From Podarcis cretensis (Eukaryota): DNA of 64,000 bases. Shown here one piece after another: positions 38,266 to 51,366 of the stretch (positions are counted from its first letter, which is position 1; every line of letters starts with the position of its first letter). The stretch spans positions 79,484,001 to 79,548,000 of the forward strand of contig OX638151.1 in NCBI GenBank assembly GCA_951804945.1. The letters run 5' to 3'. Both the position numbers and the translations under genes were made by a program. Below the pieces are notes generated by a model. That model did not search any database and was not told the DNA's origin. It was given only the letters and a program-made list of their open reading frames with translations.

Positions 38266-38403
38266 GTTTGTGTGTGTAGTGCTTTATTTTATTAAAAAAT
38301 GAGATGCTGGTACTTATATTTAGAAAAAATTGTTGTGGGTGCAAGCACAAAATGGTGCTTGTACATTGTACTAGTGAGTAGAATCACAAAAAGCAAACAT
38401 ACT

Positions 38404-38476
38404 GATAGATAGCTATAGAAAGCTGATAAATAGACAGACAGACAGACAGACAGACAGATAGATAGATAGATAGATA
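38404..38476 (+). repeat. (AGAC)n/(AGAT)n compound microsatellite
   Basis: Direct reading. Confidence 0.9.
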
Positions 38477-38704
38477 GGGCCATCAATGGATACCAGCCAT
38501 GATGACTATTGCTCACCCTCCACGATTGGAGGCAATAATGTTTCTGAATAGTAGTTGCCAGAAATCACAGAAAGCAGGGGAGAGTGATCTTGTGCTTGGG
38601 TGCCACTTGAGGGTTTCTTACAGGCATCTGGTTGGTCACTGTGAGAACAAGGTGCTGGAGGAGATGGGCCATTGGCCTGATCCAGAAGGCACTTATGTTC
38701 TTAA
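38477..38704 (+). mobile_element. CR1 LINE 3' end
   Basis: ggccatcaatgg..ccagccatgatg...ggcatctggttggtcactgtgagaac...ggcctgatccag...cttatgttctta; complementary to the 21362 end. Confidence 0.8.
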
Positions 38705-39779
38705 AAGAAAATGGCAGAAAACAAAATTACAGGTTACAAGTTACAGTGATCTAAATAAACTGTCCCTCCAATACGGGGATACCTCATGTTGCATAATCAG
38801 ATTTGCTTTGCTTCCTGCAACAACCCAGTCTTCCCAATAAGCTCTAAAGAAACTCTAAATCCTTGAAAGCAAATTGTTTGGGGGTGAAAACATCTGCAGT
38901 AGGGATGCAAGAAAATGAAAAACCCCTTGTGTGAGTAGCAATCACCCATAAACCGACAGAACTGAGAAAGGTGATGGACATGCGTCATCTCTGCTTCCAG
39001 CCCACTAATGCATATTACATTCTTCTTAATAACAAACCATTAATATCCTATCCTGCAAGATGTTACTTCTGACGGAAACCCACCTGAAGGCAACACAATC
39101 ACAGAATGAAACTGTACAATGGAGCATTATACTTAAACGAATGTAGAACAGTGTCATTTGCAATAGAATCACTTTGTGGTTTTGCGTTCCCTGTAGTAAT
39201 TTGTGCTGACAGAGTAACATGACTCTGAGGCCCAGGGCAAGGTTTTCTGCAGGACTCCTTAGAGCATTCTGCTTTTATATATTTGAAATGTACACAGGTC
39301 TGACATAGCTGCCCTCTGCATTTCTCCAATAAAGAGCAAGCCAAGGCTTCTGAGCAGTGTTTAATATAGAGCTGCTCTGTTGCTGTGCTAAATTTAGAGC
39401 CAAGATTCATTGGAAATCAGTACCAGAGACAGCAACCCTGGAACTCCAGACACCTTAAAGACCCATTGGAAAAAGCCTCTGGCTCAGAGCAATGGCAAAG
39501 AGAGCACAGACAGCCCCCAAAGCCTTGTATAACTGCAAGAATTACCTGTAACAAACAAGATCTCATAGTGTGTATGTGTGTGCATAAAGGAAAAGGGGGG
39601 TGGCATTACACTCTTATTTAATTTCTGAAGTCCCTAACCAGCCAAAGCTTTTACAAGGACAGAGACAAAAGTAAAAGTGCTTACAATAAATGGATATTAC
39701 TAAATGTAGTTATAAATATCCATTCTTCAGCTGAATTGAATGCTCTAAGTGGTCTGTTTACATGAGAGCTTGCTGATTT

Positions 39780-39928
39780 NNNNNNNNNNNNNNNNNNNNN
39801 NNNNNNNNNNNNNNNNNNNNNNNNNNNNNNNNNNNNNNNNNNNNNNNNNNNNNNNNNNNNNNNNNNNNNNNNNNNNNNNNNNNNNNNNNNNNNNNNNNNN
39901 NNNNNNNNNNNNNNNNNNNNNNNNNNNN
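39780..39928. other. Assembly gap (149 N)
   Basis: Run of N. Confidence 1.
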
Positions 39929-41023
39929 TACATACCTAATGGGATGAAGTGGGGTGGGAGGAACAGTTATATTGATCATTTATAATATAGTTGAAACCCT
40001 ATACAGACATCTTTGAAAATAAACCCTACTGCATTCAATGAAGTGTGGTTAAGATGAGAAGGGTGCAGCCTAAAACCAACACACAGAAAAAAAAGTAGTA
40101 ATGTAGTAGTAATGGGAGAAGAAACAACATATACCATCCATCAAACAAAAAAGTGAAAAGTTGTCCCGAGCCTTTTCATGAGACTTTCCACCTCTTGTTA
40201 GGATTGGATTTCCCCTGAAAGGTATCATTTGGGGTGCCTATTGGAAACATGGTTTTAAAAGCTGGGTTGTGACTCTATTATGTGATCACCTCATTGCCGC
40301 AAACTCTATGGAAGGAGTTTCAAGTCCCCTAGCCCTACATGGAACCTTATGTTTGTTTTGGGGTATCATGTATACAACTTATGTTTTTGACTATTTCAGT
40401 GTCCCCGACCTGTAGGAAGAGGTTTTGGCTTCCTCCAACCTACAGTGTGAGAGATGGAAAAGTTTCTTGTGAAATGTGAGTTAGCTCCTTCACCCCTGAT
40501 GCCAATGGATATTTTTGAGGCCTTAGTGTGCCTCTGGTCCTTCTGAAGCCTTTGCAGTTTCTGCTGATATAAGCTAATGTTATAAGCTAAGTTCCCCAAT
40601 ATGTGTAGCTATTATCCTGACTCCTGTCCCTGTCCCACCAAAGCACAGCTAAAATGCAAGCTCTGACTTGCAGCTATTCAAAGTCTAGAGTTTCAAAATG
40701 CAATTGCATCCTGGAAATTGCATGTGAGCAATTGCCAAATGTATAGGAAACATTTGCACCTTTGCAAGGAACACAGGTCTATCCCTCTGCTGAGATGTAT
40801 ACATCTCTGTTTTGACCTCCTCACAGAGAAGAAACTCTAGTTGTATACTTTGTGCAACAACTGAACCCCTTTCTCTCTCATCTGCTCTCTGCTGAACAGC
40901 TGGTGGTTTGAAGGAGACCCAGAGGGCTGGTGAAATTCATATTTGGACCACATCTACCCTGCAGGTCTGAAATTTCCCATCTATACTGTATAATATTGCA
41001 ACCTAAACAGATTTTCAGTTGTA

Positions 41024-41241
41024 CAGTGGTACTTCTGGTTACGAACTTAATTCGTTCTGGAGGCCCATTCTTAACCTGAAACCATTCTTAACCTGAGGTA
41101 CCACTTTAGCTAATGGGGCCTCCTGCTGCTGTCACACCGCCACCATGCAATTTCTGTTCTCATCCTGTTCTTAACCCAAGGTACTACTTCCGGGTTAGCG
41201 GAGTCTGTAACCCGAAGTTTTTGTAACCTGAGGTACCACTG
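41024..41241. mobile_element. Tigger/pogo-like (Tc1/mariner) MITE
   Basis: TA-CAGTGGTAC...GTACCACTG-TA termini with TA TSD. Confidence 0.88.
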
Positions 41242-42691
41242 TATATAGAAAGCCGCTGCAAAAAAAGAAGTAAATTACACATGCCCTTTGACTTGCTCAC
41301 ATCACAAAGTTCACACCACAAATTACTATGAAATTAATCATGGTCAGTATGGCAATGATGGAGATCATATATGAACTTGAACTATTTTCCAGAAGTCCAA
41401 TAAAGAGCCCAACTGGGATTTTAAAGTTTTGAGGTCTAAGCACTGAGCATTTTAGACCTCTGCCTCAGCTGTCATATATCACAGCAATATGTCATCTTCA
41501 GGTAGAACAAGGGCAACATATTTTTTATAACTGCCTGTCTTGATTTTGCTCAGCTACTGCTTTTGAAATGGCCTTTATAATGCAGGCTGCAGTAAATGTC
41601 ATTCTCAATTTGGTTTTTCTTGACCAGAGCTGATCATGCTGAATTTCTATATATGGATTTCAGTGTTACCACCTGCCTACCAATTGGGCTGAATGACTTC
41701 TCACTGCTTGCTTGCCTTTCATACTATGCTGCCTCATTGAAAGTCCTTGAGAGTACTATCTTTGTGGAACATGGAAATCATACCACACTTAGCAACCCAC
41801 TTTTCAAACCTCTCTCTCTCTTATGCCACATCCCATATAAATCTTCATATCCCATCCCTTAAGGGTTAATGAACTATGCCTCACATCCTTAGTTCCATAG
41901 ACAAATATGGTCACCCTTACCTGTAAATTGCACTTCAACATATAGGCTTTGGTTATGTATTTGTGTCTGTCTATCTATCAAGACAGGAATGAAGAAAACC
42001 CCTCAGAGATATTCAGGCCCAGGTGGGAAATGCAGAATTATACGATGGGAACAATGATTGTTGCCAGCAGGCCTAACATCTGTGATCTGTCATGCTGCAA
42101 TAAAGAAAACATGAACAACAGATGCTGTATGCATGCAACATGAGCAAGACTATTATAAGATGTCATATTGCAGTATACCCAAAGTATACTGTTGCCCAGG
42201 GGCTTTTATCTTTTCAGGATACATTGCCAAGACTGCTGGGAATGTGGAAAGAGCTGATACAAATTTGAGTTGTAGAGTGGATTGCTTTTAGGTTGTCTCT
42301 GATGAGTAAGTAGACAATAAGTAAATATATTGCTGAAAAGATTGGGGGGAATGGGGGAGGGGAAACTTTACATTGTCATCAAGTTTATTCATATGCCATT
42401 TACCCAAATTATGGTCTAATTCCCTATAAACATTTAGCGAAAGTTCTCTCCTGTAGTTCACTAATAGAGTAAATGCTTTACATTCATAATGTCCCATTCT
42501 CAGCTGCTCCTGTTCCAAGGTAATTTGGATGCAAAAGACTTTTCACTGAGGTCTTGGAGAGTGCTGCCCATCAGAGTACATAGTAGTGGCAATAGATGCA
42601 TCCTTTGTCTAATTCCATATAAGGCAGCGTCATACGTTCACATGCAGGGGCAGCCCAATACATTTCAGTAGATGCAGCAGCATGTACTGTA

Positions 42692-42917
42692 CAGTGGTAC
42701 CTCGGGTTACAAACACTTTGGGTTACAGACTCCACTAACCTGGAAGTAGTACCTCGGGTTAAGAACTTTACCTCAGGATGAGAACAGAAATCGCGCGGTG
42801 GCGGCACAGTGGCAGCAGGAGGCCCCATTAGCTAAAGTGGTACCTCAGGTTAAGAATGGTTTCAGGTTAAAATCGGACCTCTGGAACCAATTAAGTATGT
42901 AACCAGAGGTACCACTG
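42692..42917. mobile_element. Tigger/pogo-like MITE, opposite orientation to the 41024 copy
   Basis: TA-CAGTGGTACCTC...GAGGTACCACTG-TA. Confidence 0.9.
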
Positions 42918-43349
42918 TACATTCATTTGCACAAAGGGCCCTGCTCTTCCACTGAAGTGAGTGAGACAGCTGTGAAAACAAGAACTCCTTGGGTACTTGG
43001 GAGTAGTAGCGCTCTAGGCCAAGACATAGGAGGAAAAATATCCTGTTTTCTTCCAGAAGCCTTTTGTCTGAGGTCCCAGGAATTACATGTATCACCTGTG
43101 TGCCTGCTATTGTGCTCTGTTGGGGCATGGTGCCCATAGGGAAAGTGATAATGAATACCAGGAGAACATCAGTCCGTGGCCCTCTTCCAGTAGGCCCCGA
43201 TAGCTGAATTGACAGAAATGTTGCCTCAGCAAAGGCTTAGAGACATCAGAAGCTCCATTCATAGAAGCTGCTTACGACATTTGAAAGATTTGTAGCCTTT
43301 TCTGCAGGTGTTTGTTCCTGTGTGGCATGGAGCTAGGCTGCAGGGGAAC

Positions 43350-43490
43350 ATGTGCAAAGGGGGGCAACCAAGATGATCAAGGGTCTGGAAAACAAGCTTT
43401 ATGAGGAACAGTTGAGGGAGTTAGGCATGTTTAGCCTGGTTAAGAGGAGACTGAAAGGATCACTGTCTTACAATATCTAAAGTGTATGTT
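43350..43490 (+). mobile_element. CR1 ORF2 fragment
   Basis: Translates [30 protein letters not shown]. Confidence 0.8.
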
Positions 43491-43589
43491 TACTAACACA
43501 ATGGGCTATGTAAAGGTCAAGAGCACCATGACTAGCATGTTTTTCATTTCAAAGGGGAGAAAAGATGTTATTGATACAGTGAACAAGGG

Positions 43590-44330
43590 GATATACTAAA
43601 AGGTTCATTTTCATGCCACATAGGTATTGCTGAAATATGGACTACAGATGCAGCATGTTTGTAAACCTCTCTTGATTTTTCAAGTGCTTTCTTCCAGTCC
43701 TTGAAACCTTTTAAAATAAGGATATCTTGTTTTGACATACAGGTATTTTTTAAGAAATCCTGGGAAGAATAGCAGAAAGCTACATCAGCTGATGGAGAAT
43801 ACTGTCCACTCACATTTCTGGAACCATTTTAGTCGGAAATTATGCCTGAAATATACTCAAGAGTCAAGTGTGGATTTCATGCTCTTTATTCAGCTCATAG
43901 TAGCAATGAATGAATCTTTCCCCAAAACGTCTAACTATATATACATTATTTACACAATGGGCCCCATGTGATTGGCTAATTCCGGGCTGCTCCTGTAGGC
44001 TAATCAGGTTGCAGATTCACCTCCTCCAGAAGCCTGATTTGCTGCTTCTGCAGGCCAATCAGGTTGCTGATTCACTTCATCCAAGAGCCTGATTGGCTGC
44101 TCCTGCAGGCCAATCAGGTTGCTGATTCATTTCCATCTGGAGCTGGATTGGGTGGCTCCTGTGGACCAATCAGCCTGCCGCAGTCTGGATCCTATTGTTC
44201 TAGGATTCAGCTCAGTACATAACAAGGCCTCTCACTTTTTGAGGGGTATGAATGAGATTTAATCTATCAAATTGTCTCTGCCTTCTAAAGAAATCCCTAG
44301 GAATGCCAGGCTCAAAAGCCTGACTTTGCT
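43590..44330 (-). pseudogene. hAT transposase fossil (N-terminal TTF-type zinc finger, ZMYM1-like), interrupted by a solo LTR
   Basis: With the LTR removed it reads KSHSYPSKSERHNFRLKWFQKCEW-(frameshift)-QYSPSADVAFCYS..F...GFKDWKKALEK....KHAASVVH, the ZnF_TTF pattern. Confidence 0.72.
43847..44224 (-). mobile_element. Solo LTR (378 bp, probably Gypsy-type)
   Basis: TG...CA termini; 5-bp TSD ATGCC/AGGCC; on the minus strand CCAAT-rich ~55-bp repeats, TATATATA (43943-43936) and AATAAA (43890-43885) in U3-R order. Confidence 0.85.
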
Positions 44331-45910
44331 TATAGCTACAATCCTCTTTTCACCTGTGCTCTGTCCCTGCATTCAGATTCTTTGGTAATGACAGTGAACT
44401 CTTGAACTTGGCTTTAATGCTGGATTAGGTATCTTTCTTTTGGATTCCACCTAAAAAACAAACATGTCCATACTATACCTTTAGGAAAGGGCAGAGAGAA
44501 AATACATCAGGTGTGTTAGTTAACTCCTTCTTGACTGTCCCTCCTTTTAAGTCTTGTTCATGATTTTCCTTCCTGCTTGGACAATCAAGGCAAATTTTTA
44601 ACTGATTGCTGTATAAAGACTAACCAAGGAAATGGAAACATTGTGGAAAGCAATTGCCCCCCCCCCCCCGCCAGAGAAACCCTGCCCCTCTAATGGAATT
44701 GGCTCCCTAAAAGGCTTGCTATTCACACAATAGTCATCTAGGCACCAGCGAAGATCTTTTTGTTCTCCCAACCATTTTCACTCTGATGGGTACATCTATT
44801 TAGTGCTTTTGTATCCTTGTACTGCTTTTCCTTGCTGGTTCTATGCTGGTTTGAAATAGTTTTCAGCTGCTTTGCTTGTGTTCTTTTTCACCGCTTTGAT
44901 TTATTTATAATTGGTTTTTATTTTTTGAGTTGTAGTTTGGATTCCATTTGATATCTTAATGGGCTTCAAATTGCCAAGAGAATTCCATTACATGGGCAGT
45001 TTACACACACACACACTTACACACTGTGTGTGTATAAATACACACACAAACAAAAACACACACAATATGCTTCCTTAATTAATTATTCTATTTCCTGAAA
45101 GTTTAGCCCACATGAAATTACTTTCATTGACTATTATATTCTGTCTTTTATATTTTATGTTTTAAATAAATACAGCAAATATGACAAGCATTATAGGAAT
45201 AGAAACTATTTCCCTAATTACTCTATTGGAAGATATTAAAACACTGGGGATATGACTCTGGGGAAGATTGCAAAGTTCTTAATGTATATTGTTTTACAGC
45301 TGAAAACTATCCTACCAATTTGGGCAAGACTTAGAAACTTATCAATCAGTAGACCAAAAAGTGTTCGGGTGTTTCCATGCACATGTCAATGGTTGAAGCA
45401 GGGATGGAGGTAGGATGGGCACACAAGCTGCACCCCCCCCCCATCCCTCGAAACATAATGTGCTCTTGATATTTTTGCATGATTAGTGATTTATTTAGTG
45501 CTTGAACATGCTTATTGAACCTCCTGAGGGTAAGGAGAGTATTGAAGGACCTTCCACTGAACGTTCTTAAAAACTTTCTTCAGATCTTTGTGCTAATCCT
45601 GCAAAGATCTTGGGAGCAGCCACTGCAACAGAGACTTTGGGGGCAGGTCTTGAGTGTGTACCCCTGCCCTCATTTAACCCTTCATGTGTTCAGGCAAACA
45701 CCTGAGCATGGCTACAGTTAACACTTGAACCGTGGTTAAACAGCCATTGTCACTTTGTCTACCTAACATAAATAGATACATGGACCAGCCGAACTCATTA
45801 TTTGAGTGATAAACATCTTTTTGAAAGCCTTCACAAATGACAGAGTGCCAAGGTGAATGCAACTGTTGAATACAAAGCTGGAACTGACCTTTCCATCTTG
45901 CTGTACGGTA

Positions 45911-45971
45911 TGTTGTTATTGTTGTTTAGTTGTTTAGTCGTGTCCGACCCTTCGTGATCCCATGGACCAGA
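45911..45971 (-). mobile_element. BovB LINE extreme 3' tip (~60 bp)
   Basis: tttagtcgtgtccgac.cttcgtga.cccatggaccagag plus (CAA)n tail; TSD GCTGTACGGTA/GCTGTATGGTA. Confidence 0.9.
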
Positions 45972-46371
45972 GCTGTATGGTATAGATAACACCTGTTTTT
46001 AGCACATTTAAGGCAGATTTCTATTGTGATGGTCATTTGATACCCAAATTTTATCTGACCTCACCCTGGTGAGATTTCCTTCAGCATCTATATTTCTCAT
46101 GGCTTAAATTTACTGTATCCCCAAACAAGGACTTGCTCTGCTTAAGATCCTTTCCCAAACCTTTCTCTCTGGAAAAACATTAATAGGAAGTGTTATGATT
46201 TTCTTCAATATGCCTTGAACACTCCCTGGGGAACAAGTGCCACTGAAAACTTGCCTGTGAATATATTTAAATTCGGGTGGAAGCATATGAATTTGAGATC
46301 CACTTGCCTTGAAATAGACATGCCAAAACCCCAAGGTTCCTTGTTAGCACAGTAGTTCTGTGACACATGTG

Positions 46372-46535
46372 TAGGAACGTAAGAAGTTGCCTTGCATCAA
46401 GCCATTTAGCCATTGAGCTCAGTATTGTTTACATTGACTGGCATGGGCTCTCCAAGATTTCAGACAGGTTCTCTTTAAGCTCTACCTGGGCACCTGAATG
46501 CAAAGCAGATGTTCCACTACTGAGCTACAGTCCTT
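46372..46535 (-). mobile_element. Degenerate tRNA-derived SINE with CR1-like tail
   Basis: Minus-strand head tgtagctcagtagtggaacatctgctttgcat. Related fragments at ~42520-42640 and ~51300-51630. Confidence 0.55.
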
Positions 46536-48566
46536 CTGTGCTTTCACTACAAAGCAACATGCAACAGACCTCCTTTCCTCCATCCCACCATTGAAGCTAA
46601 CTGGGATTCCTGCTTGCGCAAGAGTTGCTTGTTCCCAGGAGACTGCATAGAACACTGAACATTGAAATCAGTAGGTCTTAAGTCCAAAACTAATGTTCAG
46701 TCTATATTGCCAAACGATGTTCTCAAGTGTCTTGCCAGATTTCAGGGAGCCTGAACGTCACAGAAATAAATTGAGCTCTATGACATTGTGAAGTCGCTCA
46801 GTTCTACATGTATTTCACAGAAGGTACCCTGCAAAAGCAAATGTAATCCTCTGAGATGAGAAAATTAGACAGCATGCTGCCAGATGTTCAGAAATGTAAC
46901 ATTAATCCTGATTCAGCAGCTTTCTCTTCAGTGCAACTGCTGACAGAATGATCAATAGAGAGGTGAAATTTGTGGTTGGTGGTAAAGTAATGAGTATTTT
47001 ATGTTTTGAGCTACTGAGTGACCTTCAGAGATCAAGTTCAGGGCCAATGGAAAGCACAAGTATAATCGTCTAGGGTTTTACATGTGATTTGGACATGATG
47101 ATTAGCAGGAAAATATTTTCAGCCTCCAGAGTCTGCAATTTCAGGCAATCATGGTTACTGCAGGCAGCAGTAACTGCTGTGTTCTGCCAATGTGTTTATT
47201 ATTTAATAGCTATGTTTTAAGCAAAATCATATGCAATAAAGAAGGCAAATGCATTGCCCTCAGAAGCATCAGTTCGATAGGGTGGAATTTAACAAGCAAA
47301 ATAAAACAGTTAACGCTTCCAAATCACCTTTCAAGATCTTTTCCATTGCTAGCCTTCCTGTATGTACTCGCACACACATTCACGTTCATACACATATGGA
47401 TATGAGTCTGTGAGGCTGATGATCTGGAAGTTGGAACTAGTACCAAATATGGTGGCCAGGGTGTTTAAGGGAGTAGTGAGCCAGTTCTCAGACAGCTGCC
47501 TTAGTTTCCCGTTAACCTCTAGGCCCATTTCAAAGTACCTGTGTTAATATTTAAAGCCATGAATAGTCTGGGGCTGAGAAAACCTACCTGTTCAACAGAA
47601 GCAGCTCTGTATTAAATGAAGCATATAGCGTGCGGGCCTGTGGAAAAATCTTTTTATTGGTGAAATTAACAGAAGCTAATACTTCGACACTGTTAGCCAC
47701 ATAATTACCAGGCATTTGCATAGCTGAAATTTCAGCTCCATGGAATTAAAAAGTATCAGTTCATTCCTGGGCTATGACTCTGAACCATTTTTGACTTTTG
47801 ATCCTGGTCTAATGAGTGCAAACCATTTTCTTTAAGAAGGGATGGCTACATTTCCCTTTTATGTGTGACAGCTTTTGCTTTACTTTGATTCCTTCTTGGT
47901 ATAGTTGATTTCCTTTCCTTCAACTGCATTTTATGATTTCTGTTTCAGCAGAACTGAAAGCCTTAGAAGGACAGAAAACCCCTTAACATTCCCAGTGCAG
48001 AAGATAGCAGTGCAGGTAGAAAGCTCACAATATAGTTCTGAGATCTAAAAGTGCATTGATTATGCAAATTAGGAATTCACAATCAGAAAGCAGTAGAACT
48101 TTGGAATGAGGAAAGGGGAGGAATATGCTATGCGTGGGTTACTACACAACTTGCTTGCAGTTGATTAGGTCATCCAATTCAGTATCATAGAAGTAAATGA
48201 TACTTTTAAAAATAAATGAAAGGATAATGTAGTTTGCAACATTTTTTTGGAAGTATCTCCATGCTAAATTACAAAACAACCCCCCCCCCAAATAACCTAA
48301 AGTAATGTATTCATTCTGTGGTTCTGCTACAGTTGCTTGGATAATATTATTTCTTCTTTATTGTACAACTTACATTTATTTTATTAGAGTCATTTCCAGG
48401 AATGTTTCTGATGATTCTGTAACAGTCATTTTCAAATTGTTTTCTGGAAAACGAATGAGTTTCTTGGATTCTTGTCTGAGGGTGTTCAGTGAGGAAATCA
48501 TTAAAAATGGTAGATAGGGTTCTCTGAAAGACAGTTTGTCTTCACAGATCATCAGAGACTTTGTCT

Positions 48567-48568
<2 letters not shown>

Positions 48569-48603
<35 letters not shown>
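48569..48603 (+). repeat. (GT)n microsatellite
   Basis: Direct reading. Confidence 0.97.
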
Positions 48604-48604
<1 letters not shown>

Positions 48605-48831
48605 TATGAAAGAATCAATTCTATCACCAAACAGAAATAATATTAACCTGTTGATCTACTGAACCAACCTATACACATGTAGTTCTGACATTGGTTCACA
48701 ACCCAGATGAGACTTCCAGGTTGGCTGCCTGTGAAAATCTGTAATATGCATAAAAGTCACTTACCTAAGAATAGGCCCCATGGAATTCAATTTGCTGCTG
48801 AACAGACATACTTAGGATTGTCCTTTCACAC

Positions 48832-48950
48832 AACATAAGAACATAAGAAAAGCCTACTGTATCAGGCCAGTGGCCCATCTAGAAAACCCTCAAGCAAGAC
48901 CTAAGCACAAGAGCACTCTCCCCTCCTGCAGTTTCTAGCAACTGCTATTC
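48832..48950 (-). mobile_element. CR1 3' tail fragment
   Basis: (ACATAAGA)2 octamer tail followed by atcaggccagtggcccatctag. Confidence 0.7.
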
Positions 48951-49006
48951 AGTTGACAAAGGTACAGCAATGGGTACACTGTCATTAACGCCAAGCTAAA
49001 TAAGCA

Positions 49007-49513
49007 CATCATCTTAAACAGCATCTTAAAAAGCAGAGACATCACCTTGCCAACAAGGGTCCGTACAGTTAAAGCTATGGTTTTCCCAGTAGTGATGTAT
49101 GGAAGTGAGAGCTGTACCAAAAAGAAGGCTGATCGCCGAAGAATTGGTGCTTTTGAATTATGGTGCTGGAGGAGACTCTTGAGAGTCCCATGGACTGCAA
49201 GAAGATCAAACGTATCCATTCTTAAGGAAATCAGCCCTGAGTGCTCACTGGAAGGACAGATCCTGAAGCTGAGGCTCCAATACTTTGGCCACCTCATGAG
49301 AAGAGAAGACTCCCTGGAAAAGACCCTGATGTTGGGAAAGGTTGAGGGCACAAGAAGGGGACGACAGAGGACGAGATGGTTGGACAGTGTTCTCGAAGAT
49401 ACCAGCATGAGTTTGACCAAACTGCGGGAGGCAGTGGAAGACAGGAGTGCCTGGCGTGCTCTGGTCCATGGGGTCACGAAGAGTCGGACACGACTAAACG
49501 ACTATACAATAAC
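49007..49513 (+). mobile_element. BovB LINE, 5'-truncated
   Basis: Encodes ILKSRDITLPTRVRTVKAMVFPVVMYGSES...KSRTRLND; TSD AAATAAGCA at 48998-49006 and 49514-49522. Confidence 0.96.
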
Positions 49514-51366
49514 AAATAAGCATGGCTCTTTACATTACCTCCACAATTTTAAACAACTTGAAGATGCTTTCTGAAGGCCATTTGCTTATAGCCTTATTAA
49601 TTACATTTCTATCCCAGTTTTTCCTCCATGAGTTGGCAGAACTAGATATCTGCTGGCCACCCTGCACTTTCAGTTTAATGCCTGAAAGGGGCTTATGGGT
49701 TTTCCATTGTTATTTCTCTTAACTCTGAATAAAATACATGACTGTGAGACCAGGTCTTTCATTAATCCTAGCAGTTATCCAAACAGCTTAGGCATTTGCT
49801 CTTTGAAATGTCAGCAAAGCATAGAGATTCCTGTGCCTACAAGCCTGACCCAAGCTTCTAAATGTAAGGAAAATGACACTTTCCTTTCTTTGCTATAGCA
49901 TTAGAATAAAATCTTCCATTCAGACTTTCCCAGCTGAGACCTATTAATACTCACAACAGGGCAACATTTTAATTTTCCTCTCTATTTCCCCTGGAGCAAC
50001 CAGGTCCTGATTTGTTTGCTTGTTAATTTTATTTTCTGAATCATCTCACTGCTGTATGAGGAAGCCAGAGATTTGAGATGCCATGCTGTGTTTCCATAGC
50101 AATGGCTTGAGTCTCTCAGTATGGCTCTGAAGGCCATACCCTAGTCAGCCACGCACTGCACATTTCCATTTATATAAAAACAAAAAAATGTATTTTCTGC
50201 ATAGACAAGCGACGGCAGAGCTCTCAAGGAGCACCATGATGAACAATGGAAAGGGAGCTTCAGACATTTACTTCTGTTTCATTCTGTAAAGCAGCATTTG
50301 AACAGTAGATCCAAATTCAGTAGGACAGTAGATAATTTCATATCTGGGTACAGAGGGGTGGTTGTTTTAGCTCTTGCATGTATTACAGTACTGAATCAAC
50401 TGTATATACGTACAACTATAACCATTTTTCTAACGACACTTAATTGGGATAGCAAATGCTCATATCACATCCATTCGGGTGTGCAGTTCCTCATCCAAGT
50501 AAAGATTTGTACATGGAAACCTGCTTTCACATTTAACTACTGTACCTCTCTATCTGGACTAGCACTTATGAAGTCATTGTGGCTCTATTTTTATTAGGCT
50601 GAAGTAATGAAATTCAAATTTGAACTTGACACATTTATTGGACTTAAAAGTGCTGAAACTCTCATCAATATTTAAAGGTACGCTGTATGTCTTGATCAGT
50701 TTGTGGCTTCGTAAGTCAAATTCAGTGTTCTGCCATGAAGGATTGAGTATGGCCACTGAAATAATGGGTTTAATATGCTCTCTGTTATTCACAAAATGAG
50801 GGTTTGATCCACCATGTTCCACATAACTGTAGCCTAGACTTGAAGTTATTGAAGCAACTAGGGTTGGCATTGGTTGCAGCTACAGAGGGTTGCAAAGTTC
50901 TCCTGAGCAAGGCTTTGAGTGGAACTTCTGGGGCTGGTTAAAGAAAAGTTCAGAAGCAAGGTGAGCTTTACAAGCCTATGTTCTCCTCCAACTTTGATTT
51001 TGATCTGAGCTGGAAAATTCCTAGCACTTCCCCTCTCCACACTCCAGCTCTTGACTCCCATATCCTAGCATGGTATTATACATCATAACCTTGGAAAGAA
51101 TCCAAAGGCAACACAAGGAGAACCTGAGAAAGTTCACCCATCACTGGTTGTGTCAGTCCCATAGTTAGTCATTTTTGGAAAAATCATGTTCCATCCAAAA
51201 CAAAGTGTTCTATATTGAGTTGAAATAGCCTAGGGTCATTTTTATTTGGCAAAGCATTTATTTTAAGCTATTTTAAAAAATCTTGTCCTACATTGCAAAA
51301 AAGGTTTCTCTTCAATCCCTGGTATCTCCAGCTGAAGGACTTCACTGCCAGTCAGAGTAGCCAGTA

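Noticed and set aside
43965-44175. CRISPR-like repeat-spacer array
   Set aside because: The intervening segments are homologous to each other, the array lies inside an LTR, and the context is eukaryotic with no cas genes.
48054-48069. SOX-OCT composite site CATTGATTATGCAAAT
   Set aside because: Spacing and SOX half differ from canonical CATTGTTATGCAAAT; a lone octamer is expected by chance in AT-rich DNA.
48385-48460. CTGATGA...GAAA as a hammerhead ribozyme
   Set aside because: Stems II and III cannot be formed around the core.
48935-49574. BovB sense and antisense ORFs (also at 16.6 and 33.1 kb) as host genes
   Set aside because: They are 5'-truncated LINE fragments bounded by TSDs and lack the RT and endonuclease domains.
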